DNA of 64,000 bases. It comes from Paraspadella gotoi. Lineage: Eukaryota; Animalia; Chaetognatha. Shown in pieces: positions 14,987-26,439 of the stretch. Where the stretch lies: NCBI GenBank assembly GCA_051294375.1, contig CM119268.1, positions 13,151,770-13,215,769 of the forward strand, given 5' to 3'. Numbering within the stretch: the first letter of the stretch is position 1; every line of letters starts with the position of its first letter. Below the pieces are notes generated by a model. It saw nothing but the letters and a program-made list of their open reading frames with translations. It was not told the origin of the DNA and did not search any database. The position numbers and the translations under genes are program-made.

Positions 14987-16112
14987 TCTCCCACGCGCTC
15001 TATCTCCTCGGCAGCGTGGCCTTTCACGCCGTCACCGGTGCTGCAGCAGTCGTCGGTGAACTTGCTGCGGATCAGCTTCTGCTGCAGCTGCTGATTCAAG
15101 AGATGCAGTGGCGTTAATAGCATCCTTTAACTATTTCGCAAACAAATCATCGGAATCACGCTCATAAGCTGATTCAAGGATAGTTCAGAAAACGCAACGT
15201 TCTCAGTACGACATGTATAACTAAATTTCCGTGACGCTAAGTAAAAATTCAGTATGAAAGTTTATTTTAGATCTGTTTTAAGAATTGGTTGTATTTCTAA
15301 TATCGCAAACATAGTCGAGTAACAAACCAGAAAGTTTAAAAAATTTCATTCATCAGGCTGAATTCCGTCTCGCATCTAAAATCAAAGAAAATTAATTTAA
15401 TTCAGAAAAATAATCATTTAGTTTATGTTAATTTATGAGTTACAACTAAAAAACAAAAGCGCAGTGAATTCTAGTGAATTCTAGAGAGCGTCTTGTTTCG
15501 ACCTTAGAAAAAAAAAAACAAAAGGTCGAAAACCATTGAGGGAAGGTAAAAGAACTTGTGACAAAAAAGAAAAAAAAAAAGAAAAATCAAATTAAAAAAT
15601 CAAAAATAAAAGAGATCTCAATTCGAAATAAGTCACAAGTTCCGGTAATTCTGGTAAAATTTGCGAAGATCAATTTATATTTATTATTTAACAGACGTAT
15701 TTAATATTTATATGATTTAGCTTAAAAATATATCCAAGTCCGTTATATTTTCTAAACGTCAGATAAGGAGACGGCTGCCCGGTTTCCCAAACTTCTTCTC
15801 AACCTCTCGGTCTCAATTGAGGTTTGTCTTCTTTACTTCCCTTCAACGTCATAATTAGCGTAATTCTCCTTTTTTTTTCATTCGCTCTTTAAGTGTCAAT
15901 CTCCCTTACTAAGAATCTTATTGTCATTATCTAATTTTAGAATTCAAGTTTGCTCACATGGAGGATCCTCGATGTTACTCACTCGGGACGAGAAGGCGAC
16001 GACACGGTTCTGATACTACTAACTTGCATCGGAGTGGATTGAGAGGATCTCCGTAATGAAGTGCGGAAAGTATCGTGTCATTTTACTTTTAATTATGAAT
16101 TGGACAGTATGA

Positions 16113-16718
16113 AAGTTTGAGCGAACAATGCCGGATCTGCCCACGATAATTAAGCGGTATCATCATCATATGTTATGATTAAACATAATATTTTTTTTTA
16201 TTAAATATGATTTATTATCGATATTTATAATAAATAGTTTTTTTCAATCTTAATTACCTTGTTCTCAAAAGAAAAAAAATCAAAAGTGTAATATTATTTT
16301 TATTTTTTTTAATTAAAACTTATTTATACTTGATTCCAGCGAAACTTGATTTCCAGCACAATAACACACTTCCTTAGGCACAGACGTAATTTTAAATGGA
16401 TTGCCCCATCTATTTATGCGTAATTGGCGTATAAAGCTAAGGGCGGACGGACAAAAAGATGGACAGACAGACAGATGAACGAACGGACTGACATATATTT
16501 TTTTGTATATTGTATCATAATTCGACGATCTGATATGATCTAAGTGATATGATCTAAGTGATATGATCTAAGTGATATGATCTAAGTGATATGATCTAAG
16601 TGATATGATCTAAGTGATATGATCTAAGTGACTTACCCACAAGATTTTGAGGTGGGAACGACGGAGAGACAGAGTGGATGGTAGAGCCGGAATCTGCTTC
16701 AAGCAGATCCGGCCTAAA
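16113..16718 (+). mobile_element. DINE-1/HINE-like non-autonomous rolling-circle element
   Basis: 5' agtttgagcgaacaatgcCGGATCTGC, (GGAC/AGAC)n tract, 3' hairpin ggaatctgc-ttcaa-GCAGATCCG matching the 5' sub-TIR. Confidence 0.65.
16532..16631. repeat. 14-bp tandem repeat (gatatgatctaagt) x7 inside the HINE-like copy
   Basis: Identical head-to-tail units without spacers. Confidence 0.95.
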
Positions 16719-17249
16719 GACAGAATCCATCTTAAAGAATAGATTTAATTTAATTAAACTTATTACTTGGGAGTTATTGCTATTTAATGTTTATTATATC
16801 CCTGCTAACGTTTTTTCTTTAGATTAACTTCCCTTTTTTTTATTATTTCTCTCCTTTATTTTATCTCGTCGGTTATCAAAACTTTTAACACTTTAGGTAA
16901 AGTTAAGAGTTCTTCTTGATCAGAAAGTCAGGGATATGTGTAAAGTAAGGCAACGCACAATTTGTTCATCCCCTCAAATAAAGCAACAACATGCTCTAAA
17001 AAGTTCAAATTAACTAGCATTTGCAAGATCCCTCTTTCTCTCTCCGTCTCGCTCTCGCTCATTTTCTCTCACATACTATCTTATATACTGTCATTCGGTC
17101 GATTAAAAAGAGATTTATAATGTTTAAAACTTACGATCCACTGACAAAAACCTGTCTTGACGACCGTCTCCGTGCTTCCGAGACGCTTCCTCGGTCGGGT
17201 TTCTTTTATTTCGTCGTTACTCTGGCGACGCAATAATTGAAGACACAAA

Positions 17250-17840
17250 CATAGCCGCAGTCAATGGGGTGAGTCACAAATTTAAAATGAGGACACGCTC
17301 AAGCAAAAATTTAGACATTTTTAAGTATACTTTCAATGGACAAACAATTTCTTATATGGCTCTATACCCTAGTAATTAATTTTTTAATATTTATTTATAG
17401 ATAGATAAGGCCAAAAATATTTTTAAGAAATTTGAAATTTTAAGACCAGATTCAGACAGCTCATAAAAAGTTGTCTACACAAAGTATAATTCTTTTTTAA
17501 ATATTTTTATGATAAGTAGGTCAAAAATAAAAAAAAAACTATAAAAAATTGTTATCACCATCTTTCGATGATTTTTTATGAAGAAAATGTAAGAATTTTT
17601 TAAAGCTGTAATTATATTTCTTGTTAAACTTTTTATGCTCTATAAGAATCCATTAAAAAAATTTAAGATTTAAAGAAAAAAATGTTTTTCTCTATATAGT
17701 AATATAATAATTTTAATTAGGCGAGTACCCCCAGAAAAAAATATTTTTGACAAAAAATATTTTAATACTATAATCTATGCTCATGATAGATTATTTTAAC
17801 GCTGTATACATTTGCATTTAAATTTCATCGGCTATGGCTA
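17250..17840 (+). mobile_element. AT-rich MITE-like dispersed repeat
   Basis: Similar to the reverse complement of ~36215-36828 (caatggggtgagtca vs tgacccaccccattg) and to 57205-57450. Confidence 0.5.
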
Positions 17841-18285
17841 ACACAGAAAAAAATAGAAGATACTACTTAGAAAATTTTTTATAAGATATGTCCTCCTCTT
17901 CTTCAGAGCCATCGTACGATAAAACTAGTGGCTGCCCTAATACTTGGAAATCGTTATCTTAGAATAAAAAAAATATTTTTATACTATTTTAAAATTTATA
18001 GATAAAAATAATTTTTTAATTTAATTTTTAAAAACTTCTTTTTTCAATATTAAAAAGTATAATAAAAAAAACGACAATTTTGTATTTATAAGGTATCGCT
18101 AAAGCTATTCATAATAAAGCGGAGATTTTCGACGGAATTCAGGAGAGAAACGTATAAAAAACATAACCTATATAAAATCGCCAACGGATAAAAATCATCA
18201 GAAACTTCGAAAGTAACATTGACGTGTTTGTAAAACGAGGAGAAAACAAAAATAAACATTTTTTCCCCGAAAATCAAACGCGACA

Positions 18286-21200
18286 ATGTCGGGGCCATTT
18301 CGTGGCGAAGACGACGATGCCGCCGGCGATCCCCGCGACGCCGTCAAACGAAAAGTGGGCAAGCGGCGCGTGAGTCTCACCCGTTGCAACAACATCGACC
18401 ACGGCGACGAAGACAACGAAGACAAGAGGGCAACGACGCGGCCATCTGAATGGGCCCGGTCGAACAGCCATAATAGAAACGTGAGCTGTGAGGGCTACGA
18501 CGGAGACGACGACGAAAGCGACATCGTTCGTGAGTACAGGGGTTTAGAGATGAAGCGGATTCTTGTTATAGTGACAATTAATTGTTTTATTTCCCTAAAA
18601 AAGGTCGTCCAACGGACAAAGTTGATTACGCGAAGACGCGCATCGAGGAAAGGAGCGACGGAAGCGATCGCGAGAAAGTGGGCGCTGCCAATCAGGTACA
18701 TCCCTCAGCGAATGTAATAATTTTAAATACATACTTAAATAATAAATAGTTTAGAAATACTTTCGGAATAACGCTCTCAAATTTTTGACTTTGGTTGTTT
18801 CTACCTTTCTATTTTTTTAAAAAATTCAGATATGAATACTAATTAAAGTATTTTACTAGAAAAAACTAAAACTAAAAGCATAAAAGTTCCTTTTTAAAAA
18901 ATCTGTAATTAGCATAACTTTTTGCCTTTTCTCCGATTCCGTCAACCGTCATCCCGTCAACCCTCTGCGCTAAAAAGACTTTACCCCCGAGCGGAAATAA
19001 GATCGAATGTCCCCGATTTGAATTTTTCGATGAAGAGGTAAAATTTTTTTTTTTTTTTCTGAAATAAAAAAGACAATTTGACAATTAAGACAATAAGAAG
19101 ATTAAACGATTAAACGATGAGTATTGAGCAAGAAAAAAATGAGGCTACTTTTTTTTAAAATAATTTTTATATTTTGACTTGCAGAATGTGAAACAAATAA
19201 AGGAAAAACACTTATAGATATAGAGAATTAGAGAAAAGCAAAGAAAGAGAGATTGAAAGAAAGACGGAAACAAAAGAGATAAGTTAAGGAAAAAATTATA
19301 ATTTTGATTATTTTTTTATAAATTATAAAAAAGTTTAGACATAAAACTGACCTACTTTCCACTTTTACTGGAGAGATTATTTTCATTTCTCGATCAAAAA
19401 TTCGCGAGAAATTTACAAAAACGTTTTTGGCTGTTCATAATAAAAGTCTCTTTTTAAAGCAGGGAAATTTTTCGAAAAAGAGTAAAATGCAGTTTTCGTG
19501 TAATGTTATATATCAACGTGAGGAGAGACAGATACAATTTTATTTTCTCAGCAACAGAAAGCTCTCCTCGGCAGCCGTCCAGCCTCCGTTCAAAGCCTAA
19601 ACCGGCTCGTGGGATGTGGTCGCATGTTCCGCGACTCGGGCTTTCACAGCCGAGGCGGCTCGACCAAGTCCAACCAATCGCGATGCTCCTACGAGACTCC
19701 GGGTCTGCTCAAGACTCATTCCAACCGAATGACCCGAGAGACGTCGACGGAAGTGGCAGATATCTTCGAGGACACGGGCGAAAGTTCCGAAGAGGAATCC
19801 TTTGACGAGCGAATTCCGGAAACGGCTGAGGATCAGGTGGGTTAATCGATGAATCACTCAATGAATGAATGATTGATTGGCTGAATCTAAGTGAAATGAA
19901 TGAATAAATCTATACGCTATGAATGAAGCACTGAATCAATCAATCAACTCATCAATAAAATATAATCTTTTAGTATAAAAAAAGAAAGAAATATATAAAT
20001 TGATTAATAATTCCAGGTTGACTGTGCCCCCACTTCGGAGATGAGCTTCGGCAACGCCATCGTCCGCGGCTTTGGCGACACCCCCTCCATGTTGGCCATG
20101 AAGTTGTCCGAGGCGCAGGCCAAATCCGGCGAGAACATCTCTCGCTTCCTCAACTTCGTCTTTAAAGAAGAGATCGTCGCTCTGGGAGTTTCTCATCCGC
20201 TGGTGGATCGCGGGTCTTTCTGCTCTCTGCATTGCCTCTGCGTCGAACCTCGGGCCAAGCTTCCCGATTACGAGCAGTTGTTAGTCAACGTGGAGAGCGG
20301 CAACGAGCGAGACGAGGACGGTCCCGTCAAGATGGCGCCCGTCGTCGTCGTCGACCGGGACGTATCGACGCGCCTCTTGCGCTACACCGAGCGGTGGCTG
20401 GAAGAATTGGCCAAAGAGGGCAGAATCTTGGAGCCGGTGAGAGTGGATCTTCTAGACGACGAGAGCGTCTCGCGAGCCCTGTGCCATCTGAAGGCCCTCT
20501 GCCCGTTCGCGCCGATCCCGGCCTCTCTGATTCCTTATTACTCGGGCATGGTCGACGTAGCGAGAATCAACGAACGCCGCTCGAAGCTGGAGGAATTTGA
20601 GAGAGAAAGATATGTGCTCCGGCTGAACCCGGACACCTTCTTCGTGAAACCTGACAAATTGGATCGAATCCTTATGTTGCCGAGAATTTACACGGAGCAG
20701 TACGTGGATGTCGTCGCCGCGTCCTATGCCGTGGACAGGGAGAGAGTTCACGACTGTCTCGATGACGGAATACTTTGCTCAGACGCGCTGGTGCAGCTAA
20801 TGAAGAACGACTTGCAATACGACGACGACGAAGTCAATGAAGACACCTTCAAATGCCTTCTCTCCTACTTCAATGTGGAGGGCTCGATCGTGAGAATCCC
20901 GCCGCCAAAAGTGTTCAAATCTGGTCGTCAGATGAAGCAGTGGTTTTTCAATCCCTTTCAAATGAAGAGTCGTGACGTATCGGTAGTACTTCCCGAAGTA
21001 GAGAAAGACTCTTTGCTTCTCAGCGTGCGAATCAAATTCGTCCGCTCGCAACCGTCCGATTGCTTCCATGTGCTCACGTCCGCGCTTCACGAGTTCTGCA
21101 CTCCCCACACCATCACCGTTAACGGAACAGTCTCGTGGGCCAGGTGCGGAAAAGTCAGAGCCATCATACAAAAATGTTGTCCGTCGTCCGAAATCAAACC

Positions 21201-22737
21201 TTTGATCTACGATAACGACGAAGAAGATCTACACGCCATCTACATTTCCGCTTTCGGTCCGCCGACGAAAGAGCTCGAGGTCTGGACCATGATCTCCGCC
21301 ATCAAAGAGTCCGTCGAGAATCTCCTCAAGCGTTGGGTCGGGCTCGAGCGATCGAGGGATTACGACGTCGAAGTTTCGTGTCCCGAAGTCGTGACGGAAT
21401 CGAAAAACAAGTGGAAGACTCACGGCGCCAACTGGTTCAACGATTGCGCCGATTGCGGACGCGTCGCTGAGATTCCTAAAGTTTTGGCCGCCTACGACGA
21501 AAAGAACCAAGAATACCAGGAACAACAATCGCGAGCGCGAGGTAAGGGCGGCGCTTTTGGGCTTGGAGACGGTAGAAAATGTCCGACCGGCCATGGCTCC
21601 GAATCAGACACGGATTCCGATATGCTGAACACCGGGCGTCGAGAGTCGGGATACTCGACTCTTGAGCGATGCGCATTCCCCCCTTCTCTAGAAGATTCGC
21701 CCGAGGAGAATGTGTCAGATTCTGAGAGAAACAAGAAGACGGTGCCCGACTCTAGAATGGGCATTCAAGAGCTGCAGCTTTGCTTTAAGTACATGTCCAT
21801 GAACAGCATCTGTTGCTTGGGAAGAATGAGTATGAATAAGAATTCGGGTGAGACGGAGCTGAGCCACGTCGGCACCGGCATTCTTGTAGATTACGACGAT
21901 CAAACGGGTGTCGGTCTCGTCCTGACCGCCAACCACGTCGTAGAGGTTCTTTATGAGACCAACAGGACCATCAACGCTTTCCTAAGTTTTGATTATAAGG
22001 ACTCCTCGAGCCGTCCGAGTCATACCGTGGAACACGTGATTTATCAGAACGAAGATCTCGACTACGCCTTCTTAGAAATCCAACGATGCTCCCTCAACTC
22101 GTCCGACGAAGACTTGGAACTGTCTCCGCTCGGTTCCATGATGCCCGATCCGTGCCCTTACAACGACAAATGGGGCAGCTACTGGAAAGAGGAGCATAAA
22201 CTCATTCAGATCGGTCACTCGTGCGGTTCCGCCAACGCGGCGGAAATGTGTCTCACTGAGAACCGATTGTCCTACAAGCTGAGCCGGGCCATTCACTCTC
22301 TGGACCACTTCAACGCTCCCAAGTTTCCCTACTACGAGGAGCTCCAGAAAAAATTGACCCGGAGGGACAAGGAGGAACTTAAAAAAATCGCCTTCACCAA
22401 TCTCTTCAACTTTGGCAATAAAGACTTCGAGGCATATTCCAACTCGGACCGGGATTTCGAGGAGGAGACTGACAATCTCTTGAACCTCATTTGCCAACAT
22501 CGTCATCCTTTTTTCGAGCTGCGGCTTTTGCTACAGTCGGAGCGGTTCCTCCTGACATCAGTAGCCCGATGGGGCGCCTCCGGCTCGCCAATCATCGACG
22601 CCGCGCATCGAGGCGGCGTCGTCGTCGGCATGTTCCTCGGCGGCTTTCCGGATTCGGCGACAAGAGGTAAAGACTTTCTCGTGGAACAGGCGCTCAAATT
22701 GCAGCACGTGTCAAGAAAGCCGGAACGGATCGATTAA
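18286..22737 (+). CDS. Multi-exon ~1,110-aa protein: degenerate Roc/COR-like region plus C-terminal FAM111-like trypsin serine protease
   Basis: In-phase GT-AG exons 18286-18529, 18604-18695 (or 18713), 19552-19836, 20017-22737. Protease motifs GTGILV, LTANHVV (H 21934), DLDYAFL (D 22060), IGH, GASGSPIID (S 22579). COR-like motifs GILCSDALVQLM, PSDCFHVLTSAL, VENLLKRWVGL..VEVSCPE. Confidence 0.8.
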
Positions 22738-23878
22738 ATGTTTACTGTTAATTGTTTTATTGTATACTTACGGAAAAAGAACTATTAAAATTCGTTTTAC
22801 GTAATGATATTAAAGGAATAGCTTAATAGTTTTGACTGCTTGTACTATACTGTTATTGAATATTTCAATTTATGATGGAATAAAAACCACCAACCGTTCA
22901 TCAGCGGCCATTGGTGCCGAAGGCAAGTCATTCGCCTCCCAACCCAAAGGTCCGGGGTTCTTGCCCGGTGGTCGTCTGGCAGTTTAGAGGGACGGGGCGC
23001 TTAACCCGCCTGTAACATGATGTTACAGCCTGATCCGAAGCTCAGGGACTGCTTATATTGAACGGTTCTATCACTTACTCATAACAATAATTACTGTCTC
23101 TTCATTGGTGAGCCCGACTTCCGAACACAACAGCAACAACAACAATTTCAGGCGACATGCCTCAACCTGGCGATGCACTTTCCGCCCACAACACATCAGG
23201 CGACATGCCTCAACTTGGTGATGCACTTTCCACCAACAACAATTCACTGAAGAGACGCAACAGACATCTTCCTACGGGAGGGGGGGATGTATGGTGGAAT
23301 AAAACCCACCAACCGTTCATCAGCGGCCATTGGTGCGCGAGGCAAGTCATTCGCCTCCCAACCCAAAGGTCCGGGGTTCTAGCCCGGTGGTCGTCTGGCA
23401 GTTTAGAGGGACGGGGCGCTTAACCCGCCTGTAACATGGTGTTACAGCCTGATCCGAAGCTCAGGGACTGCTTATATTGAACAGTTCTATCACTAACTCA
23501 TAACAATAATTACTGTCTCTTCAAATTTAAGTTTTCATAAATATATGTCAAGTTTAAATGGGCACAAATTGTATTTTTCAATCACAAAAATTAGGATGCC
23601 GAGTATTGAATTTTAACACTTTTTTTATTGAGATCTACATGAACGGTGTCTAGAACATTTGAATTAAATTTCTGAGAGAAAATAAACTTTTATAGAAACA
23701 GCCTGGGATGGTGCGTTCCCCCTCTAAGCCAATAGGATTGGCGGAACGATGATGGACGTGAGGCCGTGTGAATATTCCGCCACAGTTTGTAATTTTTATT
23801 ACAGCAACGATTTTTTTGTTGGGATAAAAAAAACAACGGACAAAACGCTAATGAAGGCTCGCAAAAAAATCGTTGCTA
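18378..23878 (+). repeat. Left arm of ~5.5-kb inverted duplication
   Basis: Near-identical to the reverse complement of 25303-30778; ends at the N gap. Confidence 0.95.
22869..23523 (+). mobile_element. TRIM (miniature LTR retrotransposon) with tRNA-like LTRs
   Basis: Two ~236-bp direct repeats (22869-23104, 23288-23523; the second is TG...CA). PBS TGGTGAGCCCGAC at 23106-23118, polypurine tract 23276-23287, AATT on both flanks, ~183-bp non-coding interior. Confidence 0.9.
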
Positions 23879-23903
23879 NNNNNNNNNNNNNNNNNNNNNN
23901 NNN
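23879..23903. other. Assembly gap (25 N)
   Basis: Run of n in the sequence. Confidence 1.
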
Positions 23904-25103
23904 ACGGTTAAAAATAATTTTAACTTAACCGTTAATATATTTATTTAACGGTTAAATTCGGTTAATTTTCAAGTATGATTTTTGTTATGAAAACTTTGAT
24001 TTTTTAAGAAAAAATTTTTTTCCCTTATTCTCCTCTTCCTTTCTCACTATATTTTTCCCCTCTCTCTGTTCTACATTTTCCCCTTTTTTTTCTTTGTTAT
24101 TTCAACCCTTTAATCTTTTTCTATCCTAATCTATTATCATTTTTTCTGTCCTTTCGTTTTTTTTTACTTACTTTCTCTCAATTGTTTTCGTTTTTCTTTC
24201 AGCTAATTTTATACATTTACATCAAAGAATATTTTGAAATATAATATGCATCTGCATATATTTTTTTGCAAATCAATTTTACATGCAATAATGCTCTATT
24301 TTGCTAATACAAAAATAAATAATCTTTCTTATTTTACTTTTTTTAGCTTTTTCTTTCAATTTTTCGATCATTCAACCATTCAATTAATAAATTGATATTC
24401 GTAATTAAGAGAAAAAGTTTATTTGTTTACAAACAACGGGTTTTTATTCCAAAAAACGGACATGTTTCGACTCTAGTTTTTCCGAGTCTACATCAGCACG
24501 TGAGAGTCGAAACATGTCCTTTTTTTTTAAATAAAAACCTGTTGTTTGTAAACAAATAAACTTTGCTTTCACTTAACTATAAACGCAACGAAAAGAAAGT
24601 CTTAACACAATATTCATAATTATATTTATATTTATGGTCATGGTTTATGAAAGACTAACAACAGAAAACGTGCTTTCAAGAAACTAACAACTATAAAAAT
24701 AATGAGGAAGAGAAATAAAAAAAGAAAAAGCGAAAACGAAAGAAAGAAAGAAAAGAGAGAAAGAGAAAACAAAATATACAGAATTAAAATTACATTGTGC
24801 TTTTTCTTATTTTTATTATGCTATGAGGCAAAAGAAAAATTTATTATAATGCTGTTTTTTCAAACCAATTTTCTCATTTATCAACTATAATGTGTACCTC
24901 ATCTATCTGAAATAAAAGATAAAGACGATTCAGTAGCCGGAGTTAAGGAGAAAATACCATTAAATACTTTAGTTGTTTCGAATATTAATATTTTAAATTT
25001 AAAATTAAATTATAAAATTAACCGATTTTAACGGTTAACCGTTAAAACGTTAGTTTTAACGGTTAAGCGAAGTTCCTCAAAAATTAACGTTAACGGAACC
25101 CTA
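23904..25103 (-). mobile_element. Non-autonomous hAT-like DNA transposon body with one TIR
   Basis: On the minus strand it begins TAGGGTTCCGTTAAC at 25103, preceded by ATAGGCAC (plus gtgcctat, 25104-25111). Clustered aaccgtt/aacggtt subterminal repeats at both ends. Confidence 0.75.
24412..24564. repeat. Inverted repeat of Penelope-like ends with a hammerhead-like core
   Basis: aaagtttatttgtttacaaacaac...gttgtttgtaaacaaataaacttt. Minus core CTGATGTA-gactc...gagtc-GAAAC-at-GTC at 24459-24496. Confidence 0.6.
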
Positions 25104-25658
25104 GTGCCTATCCTTCTCTTTTTCGCTCTCGCTCTCACTCTTTATCTCTGTCTCTATAAAATATACATGTTTATCTCACTTGCCCCGTCTCTCCTTTTCT
25201 TCCTTTCTTCTTTTGTTTTTCTTCAAGAATTGAATTCATGGTATTTTGCTTTCTTTTCGTTGCTTTTCGATTGAGAGAAAACGAAGTTTGTAATTATTAT
25301 TATAGCAACGATTTTTTTGCGAGCCTTCATTAGCGTTTTGTCCGTTGTTTTTTTTATCCCAACAAAAAATCGTTGCTGTAATAAAAAATTACAAACTGTG
25401 GCGGAATATTCACACGGCCTCACGTCCATCATCGTTCCGCCAATCCTATTGGCTTAGAGGGGGAACGCACCATCCCAGGCTGTTTTCTATAAAAGTTTAT
25501 TTTCTCTCAGAAATTTAATTCAAATGTTCTAGACACCGTTCATGTAGATCTCAATAAAAAAAGTGTTAAAATTCAATACTCGGCATCCTAATTTTTGTGA
25601 TTGAAAAATACAATTTGTGCCCATTTAAACTTGACATATATTTATGAAAACTTAAATT

Positions 25659-26306
25659 TGAAGAGACAGTAATTATTGTTATGAGTTAGTGATAGAACTG
25701 TTCAATATAAGCAGTCCCTGAGCTTCGGATCAGGCTGTAACACCATGTTACAGGCGGGTTAAGCGCCCCGTCCCTCTAAACTGCCAGACGACCACCGGGC
25801 TAGAACCCCGGACCTTTGGGTTGGGAGGCGAATGACTTGCCTCCGGCACCAATGGCGCTGATGAACGGTTGGTGGTTTTATTCCACCATACATCCCCCTC
25901 CCTAGGAAGATGTCTGTTGCGTCTCTTCAGTGAATTGTTGTTGGTGGAAAGTGCATCACCAAGTTGAGGCATGTCGCCTGATGTGTTGTGGGCGGAAAGT
26001 GCATCGCCAGGTTGAGGCATGTCGCCTGAAATTGTTGTTGTTGCTGTTGTGTTCGGAAGTCGGGCTCACCAATGAAGAGACAGTAATTATTGTTATGAGT
26101 AAAGTGATAGAACCGTTCAAATATAAGCAGTCCCTGAGCTTCGGATCAGGCTGTAACATCATGTTACAGGCGGGTTAAGCGCCCCGTCCCTCTAAACTGC
26201 CAGACGACCACCGGGCAAGAACCCGGACCTTTGGTTGGGAGGCGAATGACTTGCCTTCGGCACCAATGGCCGCTGATGAACGGTTGGTGGTTTTTATTCC
26301 ATCATA
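25659..26306 (-). mobile_element. Duplicate TRIM copy in the right arm
   Basis: Reverse complement of 22871-23523. Confidence 0.85.
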
Positions 26307-26439
26307 AATTGAAATATTCAATAACAGTATAGTACAAGCAGTCAAAACTATTAAGCTATTCCTTTAATATCATTACGTAAAACGAATTTTAATAGTTCTT
26401 TTTCCGTAAGTTATCAATAAAACAATTAACAGTAAACAT

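Noticed and set aside
16532-16631. CRISPR-like repeat array
   Set aside because: Units are contiguous with no spacers, in eukaryotic context; a simple tandem repeat.
23157-23423. 88-aa ORF MPQPGDAL...
   Set aside because: Spans the TRIM interior (a ~48-bp duplication) and LTR; no gag or pol motifs.
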